DNA of 63,349 bases, counting the filler, from Hyphochytrium catenoides (Eukaryota > Protista > Hyphochytriomycota): the NCBI GenBank assembly GCA_900088475.1. It is 10 parts of 10 records of this genome, joined end to end, with 100 filler letters (N's around TTAATTAATTAA, not from the genome) between each part and the next. Parts side by side here need not be neighbours in the genome. Positions count along the whole stretch, not along the records: positions 48,050 to 51,743 come from FLMG01001906.1; positions 51,844 to 56,873 come from FLMG01002922.1; positions 56,974 to 58,440 come from FLMG01004599.1; positions 58,541 to 60,717 come from FLMG01003499.1; 6 more parts are not named here. One strand, 5' to 3'. The translations under genes were made by a program, and so were the position numbers. Within the stretch, counting starts at the first letter, position 1, and every line of letters begins with the position of its first letter. Below the pieces are notes generated by a model. It was not told the DNA's origin. It did no database searches and was given only the letters and a program-made list of their open reading frames with translations. Positions 48,752 through 60,117 of the stretch are shown piece after piece.

Positions 48752-49791
48752 AGAGGTAGTGAGAAGAAGCATCGGTAGCAGCACAACAGATTGAACGGGG
48801 AAAATATTATGAACAGTTCGGTGTTCTTCTCTTTACGTTCCTTATGCTGCTAATAGTGGGCTAGACAACCAGCAATTTTGACTGTTGTTTTCTTTTGCCT
48901 TTGAAAGAGCTGCGATTGATCAGACCTCTCATTAATATCACTGTTCCTGTTTTACAGCTGTACTACTATTCCTGTTATTATTACTGAAACCATGATAAGA
49001 GGCATAATGCTCCTTTTCGGTAGTATAACTGCCCCAACTAATACTCCGTAAGTAAATAAAAGTACAGTAGACAGTAGTAGTACTCTTTAATGCTTTCTAG
49101 TAGTACGCGCTAAACGTGGTCAATAAAAGTAGACCGTTCGGGGACATTTATACAGTAATAATACTAAGCCGAACAGAAAAAGGTTTGCACCAAGTTCTCT
49201 GATTCTGTGACAATATACTGCTAAGACTTGCATCTTTACGAGCAGACATCTCACTACTAATAATAAGATAAGCACCGCAGTGGTCTAACCTTCCCACCTT
49301 CCGTCGTCGGCTACCATTAAGGCAGTTGTGACGTGTTCTTTCTGTGCAGTTCCCATAGAACTATCACAGTACCAGAAGGCTGCTTAATAACTATCCAAAA
49401 AATGGGGTTGTCCTGACTCAGGTCTCGAGAGAGTGAGAAAGAGAAGGCGTTCTGTCAGCCAGCACAGAGCAAGACTTCGCGGGAACACACACCAGTAACA
49501 AAGGGTCTTCTACTTCAGAAAGCCATCATCTAGCAGCCGTTGAAGCTTATTACGGTTTGCTATTGACCCCATCATTCTGGAAAATTTATCGCCGCTAGCA
49601 AGGCAATACATGAGGAAAAAAGCAGCACACCAACATCATGCCATCGGCTCCACGACCACGCTTGATGACCAGAATTGCCGACGTCCAGGAATTCGCGGTC
49701 ATACCTTCCTTCACGGCTACCATAGGTGACTACAACGATACCTCTCTCTCTGCCAACGCGCAGCGCGGAGATGCCGTCCTTGATGTCGTAG

Positions 49792-50661
49792 ATGATGCGG
49801 GGAGCAAATCAGATGTTACATACACCAATCTGCAAGCAGGATCACACCGGATATCAAACAAAACCTCTATCCGGGCCAGGTATTATCTCGTTGAAGAACC
49901 CTCCTGCAGATAGAAGTTACCAAGTTAGTTCTGTCCTTTGTCAGAGAGTGATTCTTACACATTTCCAACGCAAACTGTGGAAACCAAGCAATTCAACAAC
50001 GCGCGAACTGTGGCACTCCAGCCCATCATCGACAATATCAACTTCTTCTGAGTGTTCCCAACCTCCAGCAGGGGGAGCAGGACAGGATGAATCTTTCCTA
50101 ACTTATACCTTAGATCGAACAAATGAATTGCCAGCGCAACAGATCATCAACTTGGATGCATACGTGCTCCCTTTAGGTGCTGAACTCCCTGGACCTCCTT
50201 CAGCCAACAGCAACCAGGTACGTATTACAATACACTTGCTCCGCTTGTCAGGCACTTAACCTTCCCAGACGCAGAAAATCGTGCTGACGAACGGAGACCA
50301 GAAGTTGAACAGATTGTTGACAGTCTGGGAAGATGCTATCCCGAAGTTTCAGAAAGCCCTACTGCACTCTCTAGCGCCTACCGCTTCGTCGCCGCAAAGG
50401 TTTCGATTCACAAAAATCAAAACTGTACGACTTTCCAGTGAGCCCCACATATCTTTCCAGAGTACTCGCAGATCTTCCTGCTACGAAGACCACCCAAACA
50501 CATCAGATAACAGTGAAAGCCATCCCGGACCTTCCCTGGACAGCCACCAGAAGAAACGGAAGGAGCCTCCTTCAACTACAAGAGCAGGAGAAGATCAATC
50601 CCCATCTTCAATTTCTTCGCCACCTCTCAAAAAGCAATCCCTACCAAAGACGCAGAGATAA
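49792..50661 (+). pseudogene. Orphan or decayed spliced ORF in a gene-poor contig
   Basis: ORFs 49792 and 50281 join in frame through a short CAG|GTACGT...CGCAG intron (about 50218-50274). Upstream frames are broken by stops and shifts. Confidence 0.3.
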
Positions 50662-50804
50662 GTTCAGTTGGTTATAACATCATGTTACGTTAATAACAGA
50701 ACGAAAAGCACGTGTTCACTTCCATAAATAAATGAGCATCCTACTACTAACTAAACCACTCGATGTTCTGAGCCCTTCGAGCGGACGCCGAGCACGCCTA
50801 CAGT

Positions 50805-51375
50805 GACCAAGCAAACCCCAGCTCAGAAGAACAGAAAGCCGAAAGCTACATTGTGAAGCTTTACAGAGACAAAGTCGAGGAAGTCGATGTACAAGCAGAC
50901 CGTACAGCTCAAAGGAACAGGAGGCAGAAAGCACCCAGAAACCATGCCACACTACTCTTAAAAAAAGAGACGAGAGCGGAAACGTAACCGAGAGAGAGAG
51001 AAAGTGGACGCCGAGCAACGCCTACAGATAGTGGCTCCTCCTTGGCCCACCTCCTAGTTCAGGTGCCGGCAGGTGGTTGAAGAAGAGACAAAGCTTCGTT
51101 TGTTGCAAAGGTGATACCTGAGGCAAAGGACAATTGAGGCTCTAAAGCGAAATCTTTTATACTAAATTAACACCTGACCAAGCAAACCGCAGGTCAGAAG
51201 AACAGAAAGCCGAAAGCTACATTGTGAAGCTTTACAATGACAAAGTCGAGGAAGTCGATCTACAAGCAGGCCGTACAGCTCAAAGAAACAGAAGGCAGAA
51301 AGCACGCAAACCGTGGAGATAACAACACTGCTTGCAAAAAAAAAAGGAGCAGAGCAGAAGAAACGTAACCGAAAA
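50805..51375 (+). repeat. Diverged direct duplication of about 190 bp (about 50805-50990 and 51176-51375)
   Basis: gaccaagcaaacc..cag.tcagaagaacagaaagccgaaagctacattgtgaagctttaca..gacaaagtcgaggaagtcgat.tacaagcag.ccgtacagctcaaag...gaaacgtaaccga occurs twice. Confidence 0.9.
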
Positions 51376-51844
51376 CGAGACAAAGAGAATGCAGCAACAG
51401 ACAGAAATCAACGATCACAAGAGAAGAAGGAAGAAGAAAAATTCTTGGGCGTCTGAAAAATGAAGAAAGGTGGCTCAAGAGAAAGAGAAAGTGAGAGAAA
51501 AGTAAGCAGGAGCTGATGAAGAGCAGGAAAAGAATGAGAGGAGGCACCGAAAGCCGACTGAAGAAGAAAGAGCGTTTTTAATAAAAAGACGACCGAGCAA
51601 CGCCGACGACTCAGCGCCATTCCAATCCGGCCGCGACCTAGCGGACGGCTTCCCACGAGTATGTGTGTGCACGTCCAAAACACACCTGTGGTGCGCTCCA
51701 TCTCCCACTCGAAGCGTGAAAGGGAGATACGTACGCACCTGCTNNNNNNNNNNNNNNNNNNNNNNNNNNNNNNNNNNNNNNNNNNNNTTAATTAATTAAN
51801 NNNNNNNNNNNNNNNNNNNNNNNNNNNNNNNNNNNNNNNNNNNC

Positions 51845-51973
51845 AAGCTCTTCACCTGCCCGTCCTGCTCAAGCAAAGAAACGATGTACCGCACGTGGAG
51901 ACGGAAGAGCACGGTGGATAGGTACCGAATACTGGTTAGATGCAGACGGTGTAACACCGGATGGGAGGAGTAA
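51845..51973 (+). CDS. C-terminal TFIIS-type zinc ribbon of a 5'-truncated gene (not in ORF track)
   Basis: KLFTCPSCSSKETMYRTWRRKSTVDRYRILVRCRRCNTGWEE*: CxxC-x24-CxxC with LFTC, Y and terminal W placed exactly as in TFIIS domain III. Confidence 0.75.
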   Translation, partial: KLFTCPSCSSKETMYRTWRRKSTVDRYRILVRCRRCNTGWEE

Positions 51974-52400
51974 GGAAGAGACAAGCAGCAAGCACGAGAG
52001 AGACAGAGAGAGAGAGGAAAATAAAAAGAGAGAGAGAGTGTAGAGAGAGAGAGAAAGTCAACCTCCTGATATTTATTTCTGTTTTATCGCCCTCGGACGG
52101 GGAGAAATGAGAAGAGAGAGCGAAGGGAGAGAAAACATAGGAGAATGAAGCGTGGAGCACCATGTACATAGAGAAGCGCGGACCGTTTTACTGTTTGATT
52201 ATGTAAGAGAGCCATGGATCGGAGTGGCAAGGTAAATGTACATAAGCCCAGGGATATTTCAGTCAGTCTGCACCAGCGACCTACAGCTCAGAAAGAGGCA
52301 AAGATGCGAGAGAAAGAAGATCCTTCTCATCTCTTCCTTTCTGGTCATTTCTTTCTCTCTCTCTCTTTCTCTCTTCGTCCTCACCCGCTTTCATCTTGGC

Positions 52401-54535
52401 TCACTTGGAGTTGGTTAAGGATTTGAGGAAGGCGTCGAGATGCTGCCCTTGGTACTTCAGGAACTCAATCTCCTCCCTCCTTCTCTTCTCTTCCAGCGCT
52501 CTTCTCTCGTTTTCTCTCTTCTCTGTCACTTCTACCTTGTTCCTCAATTCTAAAACGTTGGTCTCAANNNNNNNNNNNNNNNNNNNNNNNNNNNNNNNNN
52601 NNNNNNNNNNNNNNNNNNNNNNNNNNNNNNNNNNNNNNNNNNNNNNNNNNNNNNNNNNNNNNNNNNNNNNNNNNNNNNNNNNNNNNNNNNNNNGCGCTGC
52701 CAAAGGAAAGGAGAAAGAGGAAGACCACAAGAAGATATAGGGCACGTTGCTTGAACCAGACGGGTCAGTACACGGCGCGAGAGAGAGAAAGAGAAAGGAA
52801 GGGGCGAGAAAAACAGTGAAACTGCGAAAGCGAGAAGAGAGCCTGGCGAGGAAGGGAGAGAGAGATAAAGACAAAGAGAGAGAGAGAACGAGAGAAGAAA
52901 GGGAGAAAGAAAAGAGTGGGAGTCCATTTGTAGAGCAGACAGATAGATTTAACTGGCTCTTTCTTACTCTCTGTTCCATGTCATCCATCCCAATCTCCGC
53001 CTGCATCTGCTTGCGAATCCCGAAGACCACACTAAAGGGACAGTCAAGAGGGAGACACATTAAGCAGGAGAGAAAGAAGGATAAGTAATGGGAGCAAGGA
53101 AGCCCTGTGAGCAGGGAATGATAAGAAACTGAGAACCACCTCCAGAGGAAGAAGCTCCACGGAGACATAGAAGACATAAAAGAGAGCTAAATGAGGGAAT
53201 AGTTACATGAGGTGTCGCCTCTCAGCGACCAGAGAGAGAGAGAGAGCCAAAGAGAGAGAGAGAAAAGAAGAGTATGAGAGACATAGATAGGAGGAGTAAC
53301 AGAGGAGGAGGATAGACATAGATACAATTCAATGTGAAATAAATGACGTTAAGCGAGAGAGGAATGCGAAAGAGGGATGAGAGAGACCGCAAGGTGCTTG
53401 CGAGAGAGAAGGAGTGTCGGGAAGAAAGAGAGAGGAAGCTGCAGAGTGACCTGCTCTCATAGAGCGCCCTATAGGCGTCAATCCTCATTCTGATCTCGTC
53501 CTTCACCCGCATCAGGAGCAGCCCCCGCTCGGGGCAGCTCAGTGTCACCTCTCGGATCAACTCATCTGCAGGCAGGGGCAAGATGTTAGGCACAAAAAGT
53601 AAAGAATGGGATAGTGATCCAGAGGAGAAGGAGGAGAGAGACAGAGACAGAGAGAGAGAGAGAGAGAGAGAAGGAGAAACCAGAGAGAGACACAAAGTAA
53701 GAGCAACCGTACTGAAAAGAGCTGAGGGAAGAAGGAGAACAGAGTAACCGCCAGACGGGTAGACCTAATACTGACTTGAGTAGAGGTTGAGACCGAGTGA
53801 ACGGAAGTGAAGAAGAGAAAACGAAAGCTGGCATAAAGGAAAGAAAGGACCGACGCAACAGCAGAGCGAAGAGAGCGAGAGCGAACGAGAGAGAACAAGA
53901 GAAAGAGAGAGAGAAGGAGAGGGAAACAGAGAGAGAACGAGAGAGAGATGCAAATGATACAATGGTGCGCAAAAGCTCTGTGCATAGCAACAAAGGAGGA
54001 GACGGAGTCAGGTACCGTAGGCTAGAGAGGCATCGAAATGAGAGAGAGAGAGAGAGAGAGAGAGGTCCCAGAGGGTAATGCTGTGGAAGAGAAAAAGGAG
54101 AGAGGAAGATGAAGTTCCGAGTGACAGTACCGAAAGCTTGGGAGTATAGATCCTCTCGCACAGGGCAGATTCCACTGAGACGAGCCTGCCTCTCCGCCAG
54201 CTTCCTCTCTAAATTTTCCTAACCAAACAATGGAGTCAAGGCCTGGACATGCGGAGACTTCCTTGTTTTGCCTTTCTCACTCTCTCTCTCTGCCTGTTGC
54301 TCTCTCTCTTTTCTTCGCTGTTCTCATTCTCTTCCTTTTTCCTCTTATTCCCAATCCTTCTGTTCCTCTTCGGCCCTTCTTCCGATTTTCCTCTCTTTCT
54401 TTATGGAACTCTCTCTCTCACTCCTTTTTCTCGCTTACGACTAACGTACGCCGTCATGGATTATGTCTCTCCATGCCTCTCGCTCTCGAAGTTCCTCTCT
54501 CCCTATTCTTCCCTCTCGAAGAATATCTCTCTCTT

Positions 54536-54594
<59 letters not shown>

Positions 54595-54917
54595 CTCTCC
54601 CTCCCTCCTCCTCCTCCTCCTCGCTAACTCTCTTCTCTCTCTCGTGTTCTCCTTCCATTCAGTCTCACCTGCAAGTCAATGACGTCCAGTCTAGTAGATG
54701 GATTCTTGGACGTGTATTGCATCCACACGCCTTCTTTATCACCCCACTGTCGCGGAGGTAAGATAGAGTTGATAATCTCATCAATCTGTGCCGCAGGGTC
54801 CGATGGCAGAGCTTTGACAGAGCTTTTGGTGACATCTGCAGACGGAGATTCACCCACAAACAGAGGAGATTCATACTTGAGAAGAGACTCTGGGATGACG
54901 GGATTGCCGCTAGCCAT
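52401..54917 (-). CDS. DNALI1: Axonemal inner-arm dynein light intermediate chain p28
   Basis: IPESLLKY, EIINSILPPRQW, STRLDVIDLQ|ENLERKLAERQARLSGICPVREDLYSQAF|DELIREVT.SCPERGLLLMRVKDEIRM.IDAY..LYESS, FGIRK, EEIEFLK; one N gap. Confidence 0.95.
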
Positions 54918-55453
54918 TATTCTTGTGGATGGCCCGATGGTCTCTCTCTCTCTCTGTTTCTCTTTCCTGACTTTGTGTCAGCTTCCTTTCGCTCTGTCTC
55001 CGCCACTAAGGAGACGAGTTCAGAAGAGTTTAGCTTCAGAGCTTGTGTCTACGTCTTCCCCTTCGGTCAGCTGTACCCTTAGGTTCAAAGAGAAAAGAGA
55101 GGAGATGACAGTGAACCGCATTGACAAGCCGATTATCGGCGGGCGTGAGCTATGGCAGAGGGAGGAAGAGGAAAGTTGAGACAGACAACTAGGGATTGCT
55201 GAGAGATGAGTGTCAAGTAGGTCGTCCCAAGAAAAGAGAGATAGAATTGACGGGGATCTAGAGAAATGGAGGAAGAGAGAGAGAAAGCGGGAGCATGAGA
55301 GAAAGAGAGAGAGAAGGAGGGGCCCAGAGACAAAAGAGAGGAGATAGAAAAAGAGAGAGAGAGAGAGAAAAAAGAGGATGTGTGAGAGAGAGAGAGGCAG
55401 AGAAAAAGAGACAGAGAGAGAGGGTGAGAGAGAGAGAGAGAGAGAGGGTGAGA

Positions 55454-55497
<44 letters not shown>

Positions 55498-56497
55498 GAG
55501 AGAGAAAACAGAGGTGAAAAGACAGCCAGGGGGCCGTCCGTTATCAGCCTTCTACACACGTATGAAGCGTCACAGCCCCCAAACCGGTTTATTCATTTTT
55601 GGATCAGATAATAACGGCTTCGGGTATTCCCTAGTAACTGAGGCTTAGTTACTAACGCTCCCGCCTTGAGAATTTTTCGGTTATTCGGGGAATGCAGTTG
55701 GAACTCTGTTGACGCTTTTATTATGAAAATTTCTTGAGGCCGAAGCTGCTGCTCATGAATGAACTCATGAACAGTGATAAAGCAGTGAAGAAGGGCCGAA
55801 CTGAAGGTCTACCGTAGAGTTTTTGAGATTATCGGTTGTTCTACCTCCTCTTCTTCTTCGTAGATGCTGCCGTAGGCTATCTAACAGGCTGGGGTACAAT
55901 CTCCTCCTTTCACTATCAGTGAAGGACCTGCAAGTCTGTCTGGCAGCACAACGAAAGGAGACAACTATGCGGTGAGCTTCAGGTTGTGTCCTCACGCTGA
56001 CTGACCTCCCTTCTCGTCTTACTTACCGGTGGATGTCACCAACCATCACCACTTCAGCAGCTTCGACGATGAGTGTCATACCTACTACTCGACGAGTGCT
56101 GCGGCCCACTCGGGCGGCTCTCACAGCTTGCCCATGCACTCAGACTTTTCTCTTAGCCGACTTTCTGAGGGAGAGATAATAAAGACGGCAAAGTAAGGGC
56201 TCTCATGCGGACACAACGAAGAAAAGTGACGTAAATGTCAATATTTGTCGGTTTAGAATTCAGCTCCTAAAGAGTCAGACAACGGACAGAAAACGCTAGA
56301 ACGGCAACAAATTGCAGCCAAATCTTCCCCATTCTCCTCAATTGCCGCGTCCTTGCTGGCCCAATGATTGCCCTGCACTTCCCACTTCCTTTCCTTTCCT
56401 TTCCTTCCCGCTCCGCCCCTGCTTGTTACCTCTACTTCTCCTCCTCCCCTCTGTTTGCTTTCTTTGCTCCTTGGCACATCATGCTTCCACCTATTTT

Positions 56498-56873
56498 CTA
56501 TGGGCTCCCCCCAGCTTCGGACACGTTCCTAGGCGGAAGACTGTCCCAGAAGTCTCTATAGTCTCCACAGACTTCTTCTGTCTGATCAGTCCTCCTCATT
56601 CCAAGCAGTGTCAGGGGATAACCATCGTCTCTCAAGACGGAGAGAGCCTGTTGATATCTGTCATCCCCCATATTTGGGCTGCGGGACAGAACCCGCGCGC
56701 CTAAGAAGCAAGGAGCGCCCACCACTACGTAGGCTTGGCCTCCTTCTCCACCACTAGCAAGGATGAGGGTGTTAGCTCCGCCAGGGTAGAGCCTTTCTCT
56801 CTCTTTCCTCTGCTCCTCTTCCTCGGTAGCATTCATGCCAGCAGGATACTCGATAGCCAGCGCTCCAACGCCG
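56498..56873 (-). CDS. Lipocalin (ApoD/Blc/TIL-like), C-terminal part, truncated at the spacer
   Basis: NTLIL...YVVVGAP...RVLSRSPNMGDDRYQQALSVLRDDGYP...MRRTDQ...C resembles lipocalin SCR3 (LSR), the following helix, and an ApoD-like TDQ..C tail. Confidence 0.6.
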
Positions 56874-57431
56874 NNNNNNNNNNNNNNNNNNNNNNNNNNN
56901 NNNNNNNNNNNNNNNNNTTAATTAATTAANNNNNNNNNNNNNNNNNNNNNNNNNNNNNNNNNNNNNNNNNNNNTCTCTCTCTCTCTCTCTCCCCTTCTCT
57001 CTCTCTCCATTTCTCTCTCTGTGCCGGTTGGATTAGCTTCTCAGCTTCAACAGCCACGAACCACGCTTCCTAGGCGGTGAATATATGGGTTCAAGAAAGA
57101 GAGCGTTGCCTTTTTATAAAGCTAAAGGCGGTTTAGGATTAGGAAGGCAGTCTCTGTAATTTGTAACACCCGCATCATGACCTAACATAGTAGTCTGTCA
57201 TATCCGGAATTGGAACCAACCTTGAGTTCATATCGGGAATACCGGCCCCTGATACGATTCTTATGTCTTGCTTCACTCTCCCTTCCCCTTTCTCTCTCTC
57301 TCTCTCTCTCCCTTTCTCTTTCTCGCTCATTCTCTTTCTCTCTCCTTGTCACATTGCTATTTGTGTCCTCTTCTTGGGAGCCTCTGTTTGATCACCTTCA
57401 TTTATTAGGCTTAGCTTTTGTTAGATAATGA

Positions 57432-57470
<39 letters not shown>

Positions 57471-57494
57471 TTTTTCCAAATCGCCCGCGTTCTC

Positions 57495-58191
57495 TTATTC
57501 CTTGTCACGTCGGAAGTAGTCGAACAGCCAGAAGCTTTTTGACTTTGCCAGATGAGGACGGGAGATCTAAACAGAGAGAAACATGAGCGAGAGAGAAAAG
57601 CGCACTAGTGTAAGCACGAAGCATAAGGCATTATAGAGAAGAAAGAGGACAAGCTGGCTGGGCAAAGGAGAAGAAATGAGAGAGAGAGAAAGCTGGGTAG
57701 AGCCGGGTAGAGAGGGAAAAAAAGGAATAGCTTTAGGGTTCCCGGAGGATCTACTGCGACCAGTAGGAGAGAAACGGAGCCGCCGAAATAAGATAGAAAG
57801 ATTAAGTGCGGGGCTTCCCATCCTCTCTCTCTCTCTCTCCATACCTCTCTCGCTTTCTCTCTCGGTGCCTCACTAAATGTTGCAAGATTCACTCTTTTTT
57901 CCATCTCTCTCTCTCGCTCTCTCTCTCTCTGTCCCCAAATTTCTCGTGTCGCCTACCTCTTGAACCATGTCCTTGATAGAAAGAATCCCCACCAATTTGT
58001 CGCCGTCCACGACTGGCAAGTGATGGAACTCTCTAAGAAGCAGCAGCATGAGAGAGGCAGGCAAGAGTAGTAAAAGNNNNNNNNNNNNNNNNNNNNNNNN
58101 NNNNNNNATCTTCTCACCCTTCTCCCATTATCTGAATGCATTTTGCCAGCCCCTCGTCAGGACCAACAGACTGGAACTTCTTTAGCATGAC
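57495..58191 (-). CDS. CBS-domain protein, last three exons
   Basis: VMLKKFQSVGPDEGLAKCIQIMGE|GEFHHLPVVDGDKLVGILSIKDMVQE|ISRPHL...RRDKE*; the HLPVVD..KLVGI.S..D CBS signature is present. Confidence 0.8.
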
Positions 58192-59327
58192 CTGAAGAGA
58201 AGAGAGATTAAGTTAAGAAAGAGAGAAGAGAGAAGGTTGAGAAGAGAGAGAGAGAGACAAAGAATGCCAGGTGCTATAAAGAGAGGGAAAGAGACACAAA
58301 ATGCGACGAGGCCCATCGTAGAGGCACACACACACACACACAGATAGGGAGAACAATAGACAAGGATTGGGACAGAAAGGCAGATTTATATATATAGAAA
58401 GAGGGAGCTAGAGAGAGAGAGAGAGAGAGAGAGAGAGCTANNNNNNNNNNNNNNNNNNNNNNNNNNNNNNNNNNNNNNNNNNNNTTAATTAATTAANNNN
58501 NNNNNNNNNNNNNNNNNNNNNNNNNNNNNNNNNNNNNNNNGGATGTTACAATGCTCTTCGGGTTCATAGTGGTGTCAAATGAAAGGTAGATGACGGAGGA
58601 GAAGAAGAAGCAGCACACACAGCGGCAGCAAGGTGGCGATGCATGGTGACTACTATTGACATTTGCTGACGGAGGTGACCCTATGGTCTCTATATGCTTA
58701 CATCTTCTTTAACCTACTGTTGCAGGTCATCCGAAGACAGGGTAGACATAGTGGGAGACTTCATCACTCAACAAGACGAACCACCGCCTCCTCTGTTAGT
58801 ATAGTTGGTGGCTTCTTCTTGGTCTGATGATCCCATTTAGACCGCTTCACCTAGAACAGTAGTAGTATAAGAAAGTATCGGAGAATGGGACGAGCCAATT
58901 GCAAGATCAGCGATCCTTTGTGCTTCATGGTGGGCTATCATTAGTGGTGTAAGTCAACTGGTTCTCTATCACCTAGTAGCATCAAGGATGGATATCCCTC
59001 ACTCGTCTGCAGGACTCTTTGAACTAATGGGTGAAGAAGCACGCTCCTCCCTAAGTCACACATGCTAAAAGGTGAGAAAGAAAGCGATGAGCTCACCGCA
59101 ACTCATCTTCTTCTCCTTTTTTAACGATGCGCTCGACGTGTCCCAAGAGAGAACATTTTCCAATAGGTGGAGTCAGCGATGATTATATATTACATTCTTA
59201 GCTCTCGTCCAAGAATCAATAGATGCAGTCGTTAAGAAAGAAGGGGGATCAGGGGATCAGGGCCACTATAGTGCTGTCACCATAAATTGTAACTGGAAAG
59301 CGAATGTTCAAAGAAGGGCTCTATCTA

Positions 59328-60117
59328 TTAGGATCTAGACGGGGCGTCCGTGGGAACGAAAGGTGGCGTTGATGGGTCCGCAAAGTCCTTGCAGCCTCTC
59401 ACCACGGCAGGCATCATAATCTTCATGATATATGAGAAGGTAATGAGCCAGGCATGCTCCACTTCCTCCGTAAAGTCCTCCTTCAATGTCTGTCTCAAGG
59501 CATCGAACAGCGTCGTACAAAACGCTGTATAGAAAGCTGGATGAATGCGGCGCTTGTTGTGTCTATCTGCTAACTCTATAATTTTGGCCTTGCTCTCCTC
59601 CTTGGGAAGCTTACTGAGGTTGGCCAGAGCGCATAGAGTCTTGACTAACATTTCACCCTGCGGTGTGATAGACAAAAAAGGCGTTTGACGCGTCACATAA
59701 AGAGCTTGATGATGTCATGCTGGTCATAGTGTCATCACCTGCTTGATCATAGAGGTCTTCAAGAAGTAAGGCTTGAGGATTGGATGTCTCAGAAATAGCT
59801 CCCCATAGAATAGATTATAGAAATACGGCAGAGGGAGCAGATTTGGTTCTTTTTCTTTGGCTGCTTTATATCCAACGGATTCACCCTTCATGATTTTATC
59901 CAGGGATTTCTGTCAGCGGCAAGAAAAATAAGACCTCACTATCATAAGGAGGCAGACCCATAGGCTTTGACTTTGAAGATTCATGTTGCGCTTTACGTAC
60001 CATGCATTTGTCCCCTATAACAGGATTGACTAGATTGTCGGGATCTCTTATCAGGAAGGACGGCATGTAGTGGGCAACCACCAGGTCTTCTTGCTTTACT
60101 GACATTCCTGCCCCCAT
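59328..60117 (-). CDS. Single-domain 3/3 globin, 205 aa, 3 exons (60117-60001, 59909-59739, 59657-59328), with N-terminal MGAGMS
   Basis: FYNLFYGELFLRHPILKPYF (B/C helices, CD1 Phe), KQGEMLVKTL (E helix), LADRHNKRRIHPAFY (F8 His), EDFTEEVEHAWL (H helix). Confidence 0.9.

Noticed and set aside
9291-54917. Ciliary gene cluster (SSNA1-like, dynein-2, p28)
   Set aside because: The genes are on different contigs separated by artificial spacers, so linkage is not shown.
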